Assembly: GCA_963663805.2 (NCBI GenBank) | Contig: CAXXMR010000009.1 | Coordinates: 288,001 to 352,000 of the forward strand | Direction of reading: 5' to 3' | Source of the DNA: Sedimentisphaerales bacterium | GTDB taxonomy: Bacteria > Planctomycetota > Phycisphaerae > Sedimentisphaerales > SM23-30 | Length of the DNA stretch: 64,000 nucleotides | Shown here: positions 9,606-18,598 of the stretch, piece after piece | How the letters are laid out: the number at the start of each line of letters is the position of its first letter | How positions within the stretch are numbered: the first letter of the stretch is position 1 | The notes under the pieces: model-generated | Told to the model about the DNA's origin: nothing | Seen by the model: only the letters and a program-made list of their open reading frames with translations | Databases searched by the model: none | Position numbers and translations under genes: made by a program

Positions 9606-10415
9606 ATGGCTGGTAAGTGGTTGAAAAATCTAATAGTTGGAGCGGTCGTACTGCTGGTGGTAGGGGCGTTTGTCTTTGGCGGGGATATGGTAAGTTATCT
9701 GCGTAGTTCTTCGCGGTCCGTCCAGCAAGCCGTCAAGGACGCCGTCCCAGTGGAGTTTGAGCTGGGCCGGGCACGTGATTTACTGGAAGACATAATTCCG
9801 GAAATGCATGCTAATATTAGACTTATCGCTCAGGAAGAAGTTGAGGTCGCTGCCCTGACCGGGGATATTGAACAGAGTTCCAAGCGGCTGGCACTGGCCG
9901 AGGGTCAGATTAAATCCTTGCGTGACAAACTCGCCGTGGGAAATGACAGCTATACCTTGGGAGGGCGGAACTTCAGTCACGCCGAGCTGAAGGATGAACT
10001 GGCCCGGCGGTTTGACCAGTTTACAGAGGCTCAGGTGGTATTAGCCGGCAAAGAAAGATTGTTGCAGGCGCGTCAGAAGTCGCTGGCGGCGGCCCGTAAG
10101 CTGCTGGAACGCACCCGCAGTCAGAAAGAGGTTTTGGCCTCAAAGATTGAGACGCTGGAAAGTCAGTATCGGTTGGTCCAGGCTTCGTCGGTAGGGACGG
10201 CTATCACTATCGATAACAGCAAGATCGCCCAGACCGAAAAACTCATCAGCCAAATCAAGAAAAGGCTGGATGTGGCAGAGCGAGTATTGGCCCATGAAAG
10301 CCGCTTTGTCGAAACAATTGAAATGGATACGATTACCGACCAGGACCTGCTTAATCGCATTGATGATTATTTCCAGCAGCCCGTCGCCAAAAACGAATCC
10401 GCCCAGACTCCCTGA
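9606..10415 (+). CDS. Coiled-coil PspA/IM30-like protein with N-terminal TM/signal segment
   Basis: Hydrophobic N-terminus (LIVGAVVLLVVGAFVFGG) followed by long heptad helices and an acidic C-terminal helix; AAGGAG RBS. Confidence 0.55.
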   Translation: MAGKWLKNLIVGAVVLLVVGAFVFGGDMVSYLRSSSRSVQQAVKDAVPVEFELGRARDLLEDIIPEMHANIRLIAQEEVEVAALTGDIEQSSKRLALAEGQIKSLRDKLAVGNDSYTLGGRNFSHAELKDELARRFDQFTEAQVVLAGKERLLQARQKSLAAARKLLERTRSQKEVLASKIETLESQYRLVQASSVGTAITIDNSKIAQTEKLISQIKKRLDVAERVLAHESRFVETIEMDTITDQDLLNRIDDYFQQPVAKNESAQTP

Positions 10416-10525
10416 CGGCGGAGGGGTGATTAACGATGTAACTGGTTAAATATACTAAGGTTGCAATGTCTGGCGAGTAGTGGTAAAATAGGTTCTGTTA
10501 CATTTGTATTCACAGGATTTGGCCG

Positions 10526-12037
10526 GTGCTGATACTCAAGATTAAACAAGCTGAAAAAGCCCTCGCCGATGGACGGCTGGACGAAGCGTTTGAGTTGCTG
10601 ACTTCATCGGTGGTAACGAGCCATCGTCAGGGTCAGGAACTTATTACCAAACTGGCAACCGCTCTAGCTGTGCGGGGGCGGGAACATCTCGACAAGAACC
10701 GGCCCGGCCAGGCGCGTGCTGATGCGGAAAAAGCCCAGAAGCTCGCCGGTAATCTACCGGAAGTGGCGGGACTGCTGGCGGATATTACCGCGATGTATAA
10801 GGATAACTGGCAGGCTGAACATGCCCGTCAGAAACAGCGGAATCTGGTCAAGGGGTTCGTCGATGAAGGCGAACTTACTTTGGCCGCCGGGGTGCTGGAT
10901 GATGAGCCCAACTCTGGCACTTTGCGGGACGAAATTGAAAAGCAGCGTAAAATTCGCCAAAGCTGGGAAAGACGTCTGGAGATGGCCTTTGCCGAATCAG
11001 ATTTAGACCGGGCCCTTGATGTTCTGGGGGCTTTTACGCCGGGCAGGTTTAACGGCACAGCCCGGAAGGTTGTGGAGCTGGCCGAAAAACAGGGACATGA
11101 GTATGCCCGCTCAGGTCGTCTCGACCGGTTGGAGGTTTTGCTGGTGAGGCTGGCGGAGTTGAAGCTGGATTCGACGAAAATACGTGATTTGACGCGGTTT
11201 CAGGGACTTTGCCATACGGCGAGTAAACAGTTAGGCGATGGTTTGTTGAGTGAAACACGGGCGACACTGAGTCTGGCTCGACAGCTTATGCCGCAAGCCG
11301 ACTGGATAAACGATACCCTGAAAGCAGCCCGGCAGGCGGAAGAATCGCTAACCGCATTGCACGGGGGAGCCCTGGCCTTGCTTGACGGGGCAGCAACGGA
11401 AATAAGAGACGCGACAGAACCGAGGCATAAAAAAACAGATAAACCAATCATGCCGATAGACATGCCGGCAAATAATATGCTGCCGGAAAAATTCATTCTT
11501 CAGCTCGACGGCGTGGGTAGTTTTCTGGTTTATCGTTCTGCGGATGTTAGCGCAGGTCCGCTTAGCGGCTCATTCGGTGCGGATTTGGCGTTGGTGGCGG
11601 CACCTGATTTAACCCCGGTGCGGTTTGTTCGCAGCGAGGACGATTATTTTCTCAAAGCGACCGAGCCGGTAGAATTAAACGGTCGCAAGGTCGATGAAGC
11701 CTTGCTCAAGGATAATGACCGGGTGAGTCTTTCGTCGCGGTGTGTGTTGAAGTTCAAACGCGCCAACGCCGCCAGCGGTACAGCCGTTTTAGATTTGGGC
11801 AGTGTGCGGGTTACGCGGCCCGATGTTCGCCAGGTAATTTTGATGGACCGTGAGATTGTAATTGGCCCGGCTTCGACGGCTCATCTGCGCAGTCGTCTGC
11901 CGGAAAGCATCACGATATTCATACAGAATAACCGGCTGGGCGTTAAAACCGCCGGGAGTACAATTAAAGAAGTTGTTTTGAATCAACCATTGAATTTGTC
12001 CGGTACGACTCTGGTCGTGCGGGAGATTAAAGATTAA
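10526..12037 (+). CDS. Helical-repeat (TPR-like) protein with C-terminal FHA-like domains
   Basis: Alpha-helical N-terminal ~290 aa; C-terminal beta-rich VELNGRKV...LLKDNDRVSL FHA-like signature. Confidence 0.65.
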   Translation: MLILKIKQAEKALADGRLDEAFELLTSSVVTSHRQGQELITKLATALAVRGREHLDKNRPGQARADAEKAQKLAGNLPEVAGLLADITAMYKDNWQAEHARQKQRNLVKGFVDEGELTLAAGVLDDEPNSGTLRDEIEKQRKIRQSWERRLEMAFAESDLDRALDVLGAFTPGRFNGTARKVVELAEKQGHEYARSGRLDRLEVLLVRLAELKLDSTKIRDLTRFQGLCHTASKQLGDGLLSETRATLSLARQLMPQADWINDTLKAARQAEESLTALHGGALALLDGAATEIRDATEPRHKKTDKPIMPIDMPANNMLPEKFILQLDGVGSFLVYRSADVSAGPLSGSFGADLALVAAPDLTPVRFVRSEDDYFLKATEPVELNGRKVDEALLKDNDRVSLSSRCVLKFKRANAASGTAVLDLGSVRVTRPDVRQVILMDREIVIGPASTAHLRSRLPESITIFIQNNRLGVKTAGSTIKEVVLNQPLNLSGTTLVVREIKD

Positions 12038-12057
12038 CCATCCAAAGAGGATAGCTT

Positions 12058-14661
12058 GTGAACCAACAGCAGACACAACCCGAAGCCGCCGCTGGTTTCC
12101 AGTATCATTACGGCGACCGGCCTCTGGAGGGCTATACAATCGAACGGGCCGCGGGCCGCGGTGGTTTCGGTGAGGTTTACTACGCTGTAAGTGACAGCGG
12201 GCGACAGGTCGCTCTCAAAGCCATCCAGTCGCATGAGAACATCGAGCTGCGTGGTATCAGTCAGTGCATGAACCTCAAGAGTCCACATCTGGTGACGATT
12301 TTCGATATTCGGCATAATCCCCAGGGCAAGCCGTTTGTGATAATGGAATATGTGGCCGGGCCTTCGCTGCGCGAACTGCTCGATGAGATGCCGGCGGGAT
12401 TGGGCACTCAGAAGGCAGCCTTTTTCCTGCGCGAGATTGCCAAGGGGCTTACGTTTCTGCATGATTGTGGTATTGTGCATCGTGATTTGAAGCCCAGCAA
12501 TATTTTTTATGAGAATGGTTATGTCAAAATTGTGGACTATGGTTTGAGCAAAGCCATCGCCGTTACGCCCAACCAGAGCCAGACCATCACGGTGGGCACG
12601 GTGCATTATATGGCCCCGGAGATCGGCCATGGTAAATATGACCGCAGTATCGACATTTACGCTCTGGGGGTGATACTTTATGAAATGCTTACCGGTCAGG
12701 TGCCGTTTTTTGGAGCCAGTCCCGGCGAGATTTTGATGAAACATGTCGCTGAGAATGTTGACCTGAGCAATATCGAACAGCCTTTCGCACGGGTAATCAG
12801 CAAGGCCCTGGCCAAAGACCCTGCCCTGCGGTACCAGACCGTGCAGGAAATGGTTGAAGACCTTTTCGGAACTGAGACTATTCGCAACAGCGTTTCCCAG
12901 TTTTCGCCCAACGATTTGTCATTGATCGCCGGCAAGGTAGGTCGTCAGTTTTCAGCTAACAAAGCTCCAGAGCAGAATCGTCCGGCAAACGACTCATCCG
13001 GGTCTTTCGAGGATATTGGACGACAGTTAGGTAAATTTGGCGATGAGGTTTCGCGCCAGGTCAGCGGTGCCGTGAGGCAAGCCCTGGGCAAACAAGGCCG
13101 CAAGGTTACTTCCTCGGAGGTCAACGCTGCGAATGCTGCCGACCCCATGACGCGCCGGCAGCGGCGTACCTTGTCGTTCATTGCTCTAGGAGCGTTTGGC
13201 ATCGGTATTTCAATTATCAGCGGATTTAGCGGCGACGATGCTTTTGCTTTTGGTCTCTGGTCCTTCTTTATGATTTTCGGCACGACCTATGCAATTACGA
13301 TTGCCCGTTGGCGGCTGCTAATCAACATGGAGCCTTCGCCGGCGCGTAACTGGGCAACAGCTATTTTCGGTCTGCTGGGCGCGTTGATTGTCTCATTGTT
13401 CATGCTCACTGATGCCCCTGACATCTGGCATTCTCAGCTCAAGGGTACTCTTATTTCTCTATTGGCACTGGGCCTGGTTGACTGGTGGAAGCTAACCAAT
13501 CCGCTGCGAGTCGCTCGTGTTAAGATTGGTCCGGCTTTAGGCCCGGCGCTACTGGGCGGAATCGCCGCCGCGGCGATTTTCAATGGTGTGCCGGTGTTGA
13601 CCGTTGGGGTGATAGGCGGGGCGGTGCTGGCGGTGCAGATATTAAGCCCGTTCGTACCGGGCGGCTGGTCACGCGGTTATCCTCAGTCATTCGCTCAGGC
13701 CCCGGTCGCCGGTGGTCCTCAGACTACAGATAATAAAAAATACAATGATTCACCCAAACCTCCCACTCCCAAGCGTTGTGGACAGTTGGGGGTGGCAACC
13801 GCGGATTTGCCGCACCTTTCGCCTTATAAACGTCTTTGGGCGTTGTTACTTTCTTTCGGAATGTTTTTAGGTTTTTTTGGTTTGCAGCGGTTTTACGTAG
13901 GTAAAATAGGCACAGGCCTGCTCTACTTATGTACCGGCGGCTTACTGGGCGTCGGGCAGATTATCGATATTATCATGATTACGACAGGGGGTTTTGCGGA
14001 CAAACATGGCCGGCATCTGCTCATCTGGGAAGATGACAGTTTTCTCGAACTAAAAAGCGAAAAAGTTGTGCGGGCCCAGTCGCCCGAACAGCCTTCATCA
14101 TGGCAGCCGCCTGAGCCCTGGGATTTCATCGGCGGTTTTTTTGCGTTTCTGGGTTATCTGATTTTTCTGCCCGGCCTGCTGGTGGGTTTAGCGATGGCTT
14201 TAGATTTACCGGGTTTTATATGCATTGCCGATGCTGATTTCAATGCGGAAATGGCTGGCAAGCTGGACGACGCCAACTGGCCGGAATTTATTCTGCGTAT
14301 CGGTTTTATCATAAGTATCCTGCTGACCATCATCGCCACCGCCTTAATCATCACCGCCCGTCGTAAAAATGGCCCCTGGCACATCATCCGGGCCGCACTG
14401 GGGATGTTCACCATCCAATTGACGATTTCCATGCTCGCCGGTTCTCTCTCTCGCTTCGGCAACAATTCCGACCTGGTCGAGATGTTCCAGAAGGAGCAGT
14501 TCAGCAGTGCGATTAATCTCTGGCTTAACCGTTCCGATTCGGAAACCGCGATTTTCGCCGCGATTATGTTTGTCGCCGCCCTGGTCATTCTCGCCTGGCC
14601 GGGCCGAGCCCGACAAGCCGTCCAGCCGAGCTTTCAGCCGCAGGGAGAGGAATTATTATGA
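12058..14661 (+). CDS. Hanks-type Ser/Thr protein kinase with multi-pass membrane region and TM2 domain
   Basis: GRGGFGEVY, VALK, HRDLKPSN, DYG, GTVHYMAPE and DIYALG motifs; TM2 motif LGFFGLQRFYVGKIGTGLLYLCTGGLLGVGQIID. Confidence 0.93.
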   Translation: MNQQQTQPEAAAGFQYHYGDRPLEGYTIERAAGRGGFGEVYYAVSDSGRQVALKAIQSHENIELRGISQCMNLKSPHLVTIFDIRHNPQGKPFVIMEYVAGPSLRELLDEMPAGLGTQKAAFFLREIAKGLTFLHDCGIVHRDLKPSNIFYENGYVKIVDYGLSKAIAVTPNQSQTITVGTVHYMAPEIGHGKYDRSIDIYALGVILYEMLTGQVPFFGASPGEILMKHVAENVDLSNIEQPFARVISKALAKDPALRYQTVQEMVEDLFGTETIRNSVSQFSPNDLSLIAGKVGRQFSANKAPEQNRPANDSSGSFEDIGRQLGKFGDEVSRQVSGAVRQALGKQGRKVTSSEVNAANAADPMTRRQRRTLSFIALGAFGIGISIISGFSGDDAFAFGLWSFFMIFGTTYAITIARWRLLINMEPSPARNWATAIFGLLGALIVSLFMLTDAPDIWHSQLKGTLISLLALGLVDWWKLTNPLRVARVKIGPALGPALLGGIAAAAIFNGVPVLTVGVIGGAVLAVQILSPFVPGGWSRGYPQSFAQAPVAGGPQTTDNKKYNDSPKPPTPKRCGQLGVATADLPHLSPYKRLWALLLSFGMFLGFFGLQRFYVGKIGTGLLYLCTGGLLGVGQIIDIIMITTGGFADKHGRHLLIWEDDSFLELKSEKVVRAQSPEQPSSWQPPEPWDFIGGFFAFLGYLIFLPGLLVGLAMALDLPGFICIADADFNAEMAGKLDDANWPEFILRIGFIISILLTIIATALIITARRKNGPWHIIRAALGMFTIQLTISMLAGSLSRFGNNSDLVEMFQKEQFSSAINLWLNRSDSETAIFAAIMFVAALVILAWPGRARQAVQPSFQPQGEELL

Positions 14662-15749
14662 ATCTGGGATTCTTCGAAATAGTATTATTACCTCTGATAT
14701 TGCTGATTGCCGCCGCGATATTCTGTAAAGGTCCATGGCGACGCTTCCTCCAGATTGTTCTGGTAGCATCTTTTCTGACAGTCTTGGTTCTGGTGGTACT
14801 AAGCTTGTTTTTCTCTGTTCGTCAAGTACCGGTTGTCGAGTCCATTCCGCAGAATTATTCAGAATCAGCCTGGCTGGACCTGGCCGAGCCGGAATTCCCC
14901 GCTGATGTATATCCCTCGGTCTCACTGGCATTGAAGGGACTTATTGGTTCGCTGGGTTCCTATGTTAATTCTCCGCGTGACATTAACATCTATATCGAAA
15001 AATCATCCGCTCTGGAGCCGACAATGCTTATCGAGGAAACTGTCGATTCGGCAGTGCGAGCTTGGGATAATGCCCGCCAGGTGCATACGTTTGAACGTCT
15101 GCCCAGTCCTGCCGATGACAGTTTGATGCTCGATGTCGCGGTGAGTGAATACGATGGTGAGGCAGGGACGCTTTGTTTGCATTTGCTGGGCGGCGGTACC
15201 GATGTGACCGTTTCTACCCGTTTTGTAAATAAACCCTGGCTGGAGGATTTCGGTCGCTATCAGGCCCGGCACCCGCAAATTCAGTATCTTATCGCTCAAT
15301 CAACTCAGCCTGCCCTGAGCGAGTCAGAAGCGGTAGAACTTGCCTGGGAACATGCACTTATAATAGTCAATCACCGACTCAACCTGAAAACCACCGCGGA
15401 TACCCAGCCGCTGACAATCGAGGATTTGCAAAGATGCAACATCCCCATCGACCAGTTCAGCCAGAGTTTTCAGCGTGATTACAGCAAAATCTATCGTCAT
15501 CTTATTCTGCTGGAACTGAGTCCGGGCAAAATTCAGCAGTTTCGCGACCTTCACGCCCACCGAGCCGCCCTGGAAAGACAAAGCATTCTACGCCAGATTT
15601 TTTCGCTGGCGGGCATGGTACTGTTGATATTCCTGGTTTATTTGTTTCTCAATGCTGCCACGCGTGGTTATTATGTCTGGATGTTACGTATCGTAGCAGT
15701 ACTTGCTGCGGCCGGTGGTGGTCTACTGCTGATATGGTATCTGAATTAG
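14658..15749 (+). CDS. Membrane protein (2 TM + large soluble loop + 2 TM)
   Basis: Hydrophobic pairs at both ends; ATGA overlap with the kinase stop; C-terminal YLFLNAATRGYY. Confidence 0.75.
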   Translation: MNLGFFEIVLLPLILLIAAAIFCKGPWRRFLQIVLVASFLTVLVLVVLSLFFSVRQVPVVESIPQNYSESAWLDLAEPEFPADVYPSVSLALKGLIGSLGSYVNSPRDINIYIEKSSALEPTMLIEETVDSAVRAWDNARQVHTFERLPSPADDSLMLDVAVSEYDGEAGTLCLHLLGGGTDVTVSTRFVNKPWLEDFGRYQARHPQIQYLIAQSTQPALSESEAVELAWEHALIIVNHRLNLKTTADTQPLTIEDLQRCNIPIDQFSQSFQRDYSKIYRHLILLELSPGKIQQFRDLHAHRAALERQSILRQIFSLAGMVLLIFLVYLFLNAATRGYYVWMLRIVAVLAAAGGGLLLIWYLN

Positions 15750-15761
15750 TTTTGGAGGCTT

Positions 15762-16667
15762 ATGAATCGCGTTTCGCAAGCTGAAAAATTTCTGCTCGAC
15801 GGCATAGCTCAGGGCCGACAGGACGCCTGGGAACAGTTAGTTGGTCGTTTTCAGGGACGACTGCTGGCCTTCGCTTCTGCACGCCTGCGAAACCGTGACG
15901 ATGCCGAAGACGCGGTTCAGGAAACTTTCATCGCTTTATTAAAATCTCTCAGCGGTTTTCAAGGCCGTTCCAGCCTGGAGACCTATCTGTTCAGCATCCT
16001 TCAGCGGAAGATTATCGACCAGTATCGCCGAGCCGGTGCCGACAAACTTTGTCTGATTCAAGACCTGCAAGGCTCATCCAATAGTGACGAGCCGTCCTCG
16101 TCGGCATTCAACCGCATCGCTGCTGCCGAGCCGACCGCCAGTTGGTATGTCCGCCGCGACGAACGCCGCGAAGGATTCTACGATGCCTTGGCTGGTGCTC
16201 TGGAAGAACTGCTCAGCGACCTGAAAGAAAAGCTTAGCTTCGAAGACCTCAAAGCCGTTGAGCTGCTTTTTTACTGTCAATTGCCCAACAAACAAATCGC
16301 CGCTCTGCTGGACCGTACCGAAAATCATGTCGCGGTACTCAAGCATCGTTCCCTGGCCCGGGTGCGTGACCGGGTATCATCCAGGCATGGCGAGATTCAG
16401 CCCGGCGACCTCGAAAATCTGCTCACCGAAATCTGGGAGACCAACCGCCCCAGCTGCCCCAAACGCTCAACTATTGGCGCTTACGAACTGGGCACGCTCG
16501 AAACGCAATGGCAGAATTATGTCGATTTTCACCTCCATCAGATGGGCTGTCGTTTTTGTCGGGCCAACCTCGACGACCTGCGTACTCAAAATGCCCAGGC
16601 TGATTCAGCCCCGGCCTTCCATCAGAAAATCATGGAGTCAACCGTAGGATTCCTGACCCGCGCATAA
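15762..16667 (+). CDS. ECF sigma factor with C-terminal zinc-finger (ZAS-like) extension
   Basis: Sigma2 DDAEDAVQETF and SSLETYLFSI; sigma4 KQIAALLDRTENHV; tail CPKRSTIGAY...HQMGCRFC (Hx3Cx2C). Confidence 0.9.
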   Translation: MNRVSQAEKFLLDGIAQGRQDAWEQLVGRFQGRLLAFASARLRNRDDAEDAVQETFIALLKSLSGFQGRSSLETYLFSILQRKIIDQYRRAGADKLCLIQDLQGSSNSDEPSSSAFNRIAAAEPTASWYVRRDERREGFYDALAGALEELLSDLKEKLSFEDLKAVELLFYCQLPNKQIAALLDRTENHVAVLKHRSLARVRDRVSSRHGEIQPGDLENLLTEIWETNRPSCPKRSTIGAYELGTLETQWQNYVDFHLHQMGCRFCRANLDDLRTQNAQADSAPAFHQKIMESTVGFLTRA

Positions 16668-16699
16668 AAAAAAGGTCGTGAACCCTTAGATTCACGACC
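16666..16699 (-). terminator. Rho-independent terminator of the RRM gene (between convergent genes)
   Basis: Stem GGTCGTGAA / TTCACGACC followed by a U8 tract on the minus strand. Confidence 0.8.
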
Positions 16700-16721
16700 C
16701 GAATGTCTTATCGGTTAGCGA

Positions 16722-17045
16722 TTAATAACGGCCACGGCCACCGCCGCCACCACCATAACCACCACGACCGCCGCCACCACCGCCACCGCCTCTGGATTCA
16801 CGAGGTTTGGCCTCGTTGACCTTCAGAGCGCGACCATCACAATCCTGACCATTCAGGTTGTCGATAGCGGCTTGGGCTTCGGCATCGCTGCTCATCTCGA
16901 CAAAGGCAAAACCTTTGCTCCGTCCGGTGTCACGATCATTGATAATCTGGGCACTTTCGACGGTGCCGTGGGCACCAAACATGCCTTCCAGATCTGCCTG
17001 TGACGTTCCGTAACTCAAATTTCCGACATATAACTTCTTACCCAT
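16722..17045 (-). CDS. RRM RNA-binding protein with Gly-rich tail
   Basis: RNP2 LYVGNL, RNP1 KGFAFVEM, and GGGRGGYGG tail. Confidence 0.95.
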   Translation of the reverse strand: MGKKLYVGNLSYGTSQADLEGMFGAHGTVESAQIINDRDTGRSKGFAFVEMSSDAEAQAAIDNLNGQDCDGRALKVNEAKPRESRGGGGGGGGRGGYGGGGGGRGRY

Positions 17046-17397
17046 AACAATACTCTCCTGTTATTTCGGGCGTGCGACCCTGCTTATCTTTCCGGGCCAC
17101 TGGGAAAGCGGCTGAACCTTCAGCCTCATAAAAAATTGGAAAGTGAAAGGAGAAATGCCGGTGCGGGCCAGAAAACTAACTGTCTCAAACCTTCTTAACT
17201 CGTTCAGCGAACCAAACTTTATTTTTTATATACGCGTATATAGTATCGGCAGGAAGGTCTTTTGTATACACTGATTTTGTCTTTACGAGAAAAAAACTTC
17301 GCCAAAAGTGAATTTATTCAACCTTTATGATGGCGAAAATAGATATAAATACTTGCTAATAAAATAGTTGTATCTGTGGTAATCCCGGCGTTTTTTT

Positions 17398-18471
17398 TTA
17401 TCCCGAGTCGGTAAGTTCATGCCAGATGTCCAGCATTTTTTGGCAATCCTCACGGGATTTCGGGAAAATTTCCGGCATTAAGATACATCTTGCCCCGGTT
17501 TGCCGCACCAGACCGCCCAGTCGGCGGATATAGGTCTTCCAGTCTTCTTCACCTTCGCGGGCAACTCTGCCGTAACAGACAGTTCCGGTTTTAGCGTGCA
17601 GCTCGAATCGCCAACGGGTGTCATACATTTCCGGGTTGCCCAGGTCCAGGGCGCAAACCTCGCCCATTTCACAAATCTTTTCGTGTAAGTATTCATGCCT
17701 GCCGCAATAGTGGACAAACGCCTTGCCGAAAGGCTGGGCTGAGGCTTTGATTGCCGGCAGAATGAAATCGTCAATCATTGCTGGCGAAAGCAGCGTCGCG
17801 GTATCTTCGGAAATACGCACGCCCGCTTCCGGGAAAAACACCCCCTGACCGCCCGCATGGCCGTGCCACATCCAGTTTGATTCTTCGCCAATAAGCCCTT
17901 TGAGATACTTTGACGCATCTATATAAAAACGCAAACTGATTTCCATCAGCTCGTCAATCCATTCTCGCCTTGCCGGGTCGGGCATTTCATAAAAAATGTC
18001 ATTGCCGTAGAGTAAATGGGCAATGTCGAACACGCCCTGAGTATCCGGCAGATACGCCTTGATATTGCCGCCGCTTCGTTCGGCATGTATCCGATAAAAT
18101 TCCGCGGCGAGTCTGCCGGTTTCGCTGGCCGCTATATCAGCGTTTCGGTTGGCCCGGATAGCTTCTTCGCTCATATGTTCGCCGGGCCAGGGCATTTGTC
18201 CGTCGGAGAGCTTATACCCCTGTCCGACCATCGCTGGTACAAACACCGTGCCCAGATTAGGCCGGACGGTCCCCACGCCATCCGTAGGCCAGTCCTGATA
18301 GACCTGGGCCCGTTTTATTTCCGCTTCCCACATCTTCTCAGGGTTATGAAAACGCTCGACATAACCGTCAGTATCGTACTGCTCCAGTTTGTCAGCCCGA
18401 ATCAGGATAAGACTCGGCCCTTTGCCTGCCCAAAATGCTTCAAATTGTCGTTTTTTTTCGTCAAAACTCAC
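17398..18471 (-). CDS. UROD/MetE-like (corrinoid methyltransferase-related) protein
   Basis: PDTQGVFDIAHLLYG, RISEDTATLLSP and FVHYCG motifs. Confidence 0.65.
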   Translation of the reverse strand: MSFDEKKRQFEAFWAGKGPSLILIRADKLEQYDTDGYVERFHNPEKMWEAEIKRAQVYQDWPTDGVGTVRPNLGTVFVPAMVGQGYKLSDGQMPWPGEHMSEEAIRANRNADIAASETGRLAAEFYRIHAERSGGNIKAYLPDTQGVFDIAHLLYGNDIFYEMPDPARREWIDELMEISLRFYIDASKYLKGLIGEESNWMWHGHAGGQGVFFPEAGVRISEDTATLLSPAMIDDFILPAIKASAQPFGKAFVHYCGRHEYLHEKICEMGEVCALDLGNPEMYDTRWRFELHAKTGTVCYGRVAREGEEDWKTYIRRLGGLVRQTGARCILMPEIFPKSREDCQKMLDIWHELTDSG

Positions 18472-18515
18472 AAAAAATCTCCAAAAATCCGAAAAAACAG
18501 TTTCTTTTTCATAAA

Positions 18516-18529
18516 TGTAATCGTTTGCA
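18516..18529. promoter_or_regulatory. LacI-type operator candidate
   Basis: TGTAATCGTTTGCA; near-identical to the reverse complement of 20073-20086. Confidence 0.6.
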
Positions 18530-18598
18530 AAACGGAAAACAAGCCCTCTTTGCGAAAAAAAACCAATAAACCAAGAGTTTCAGGGCCGAATACACAGC

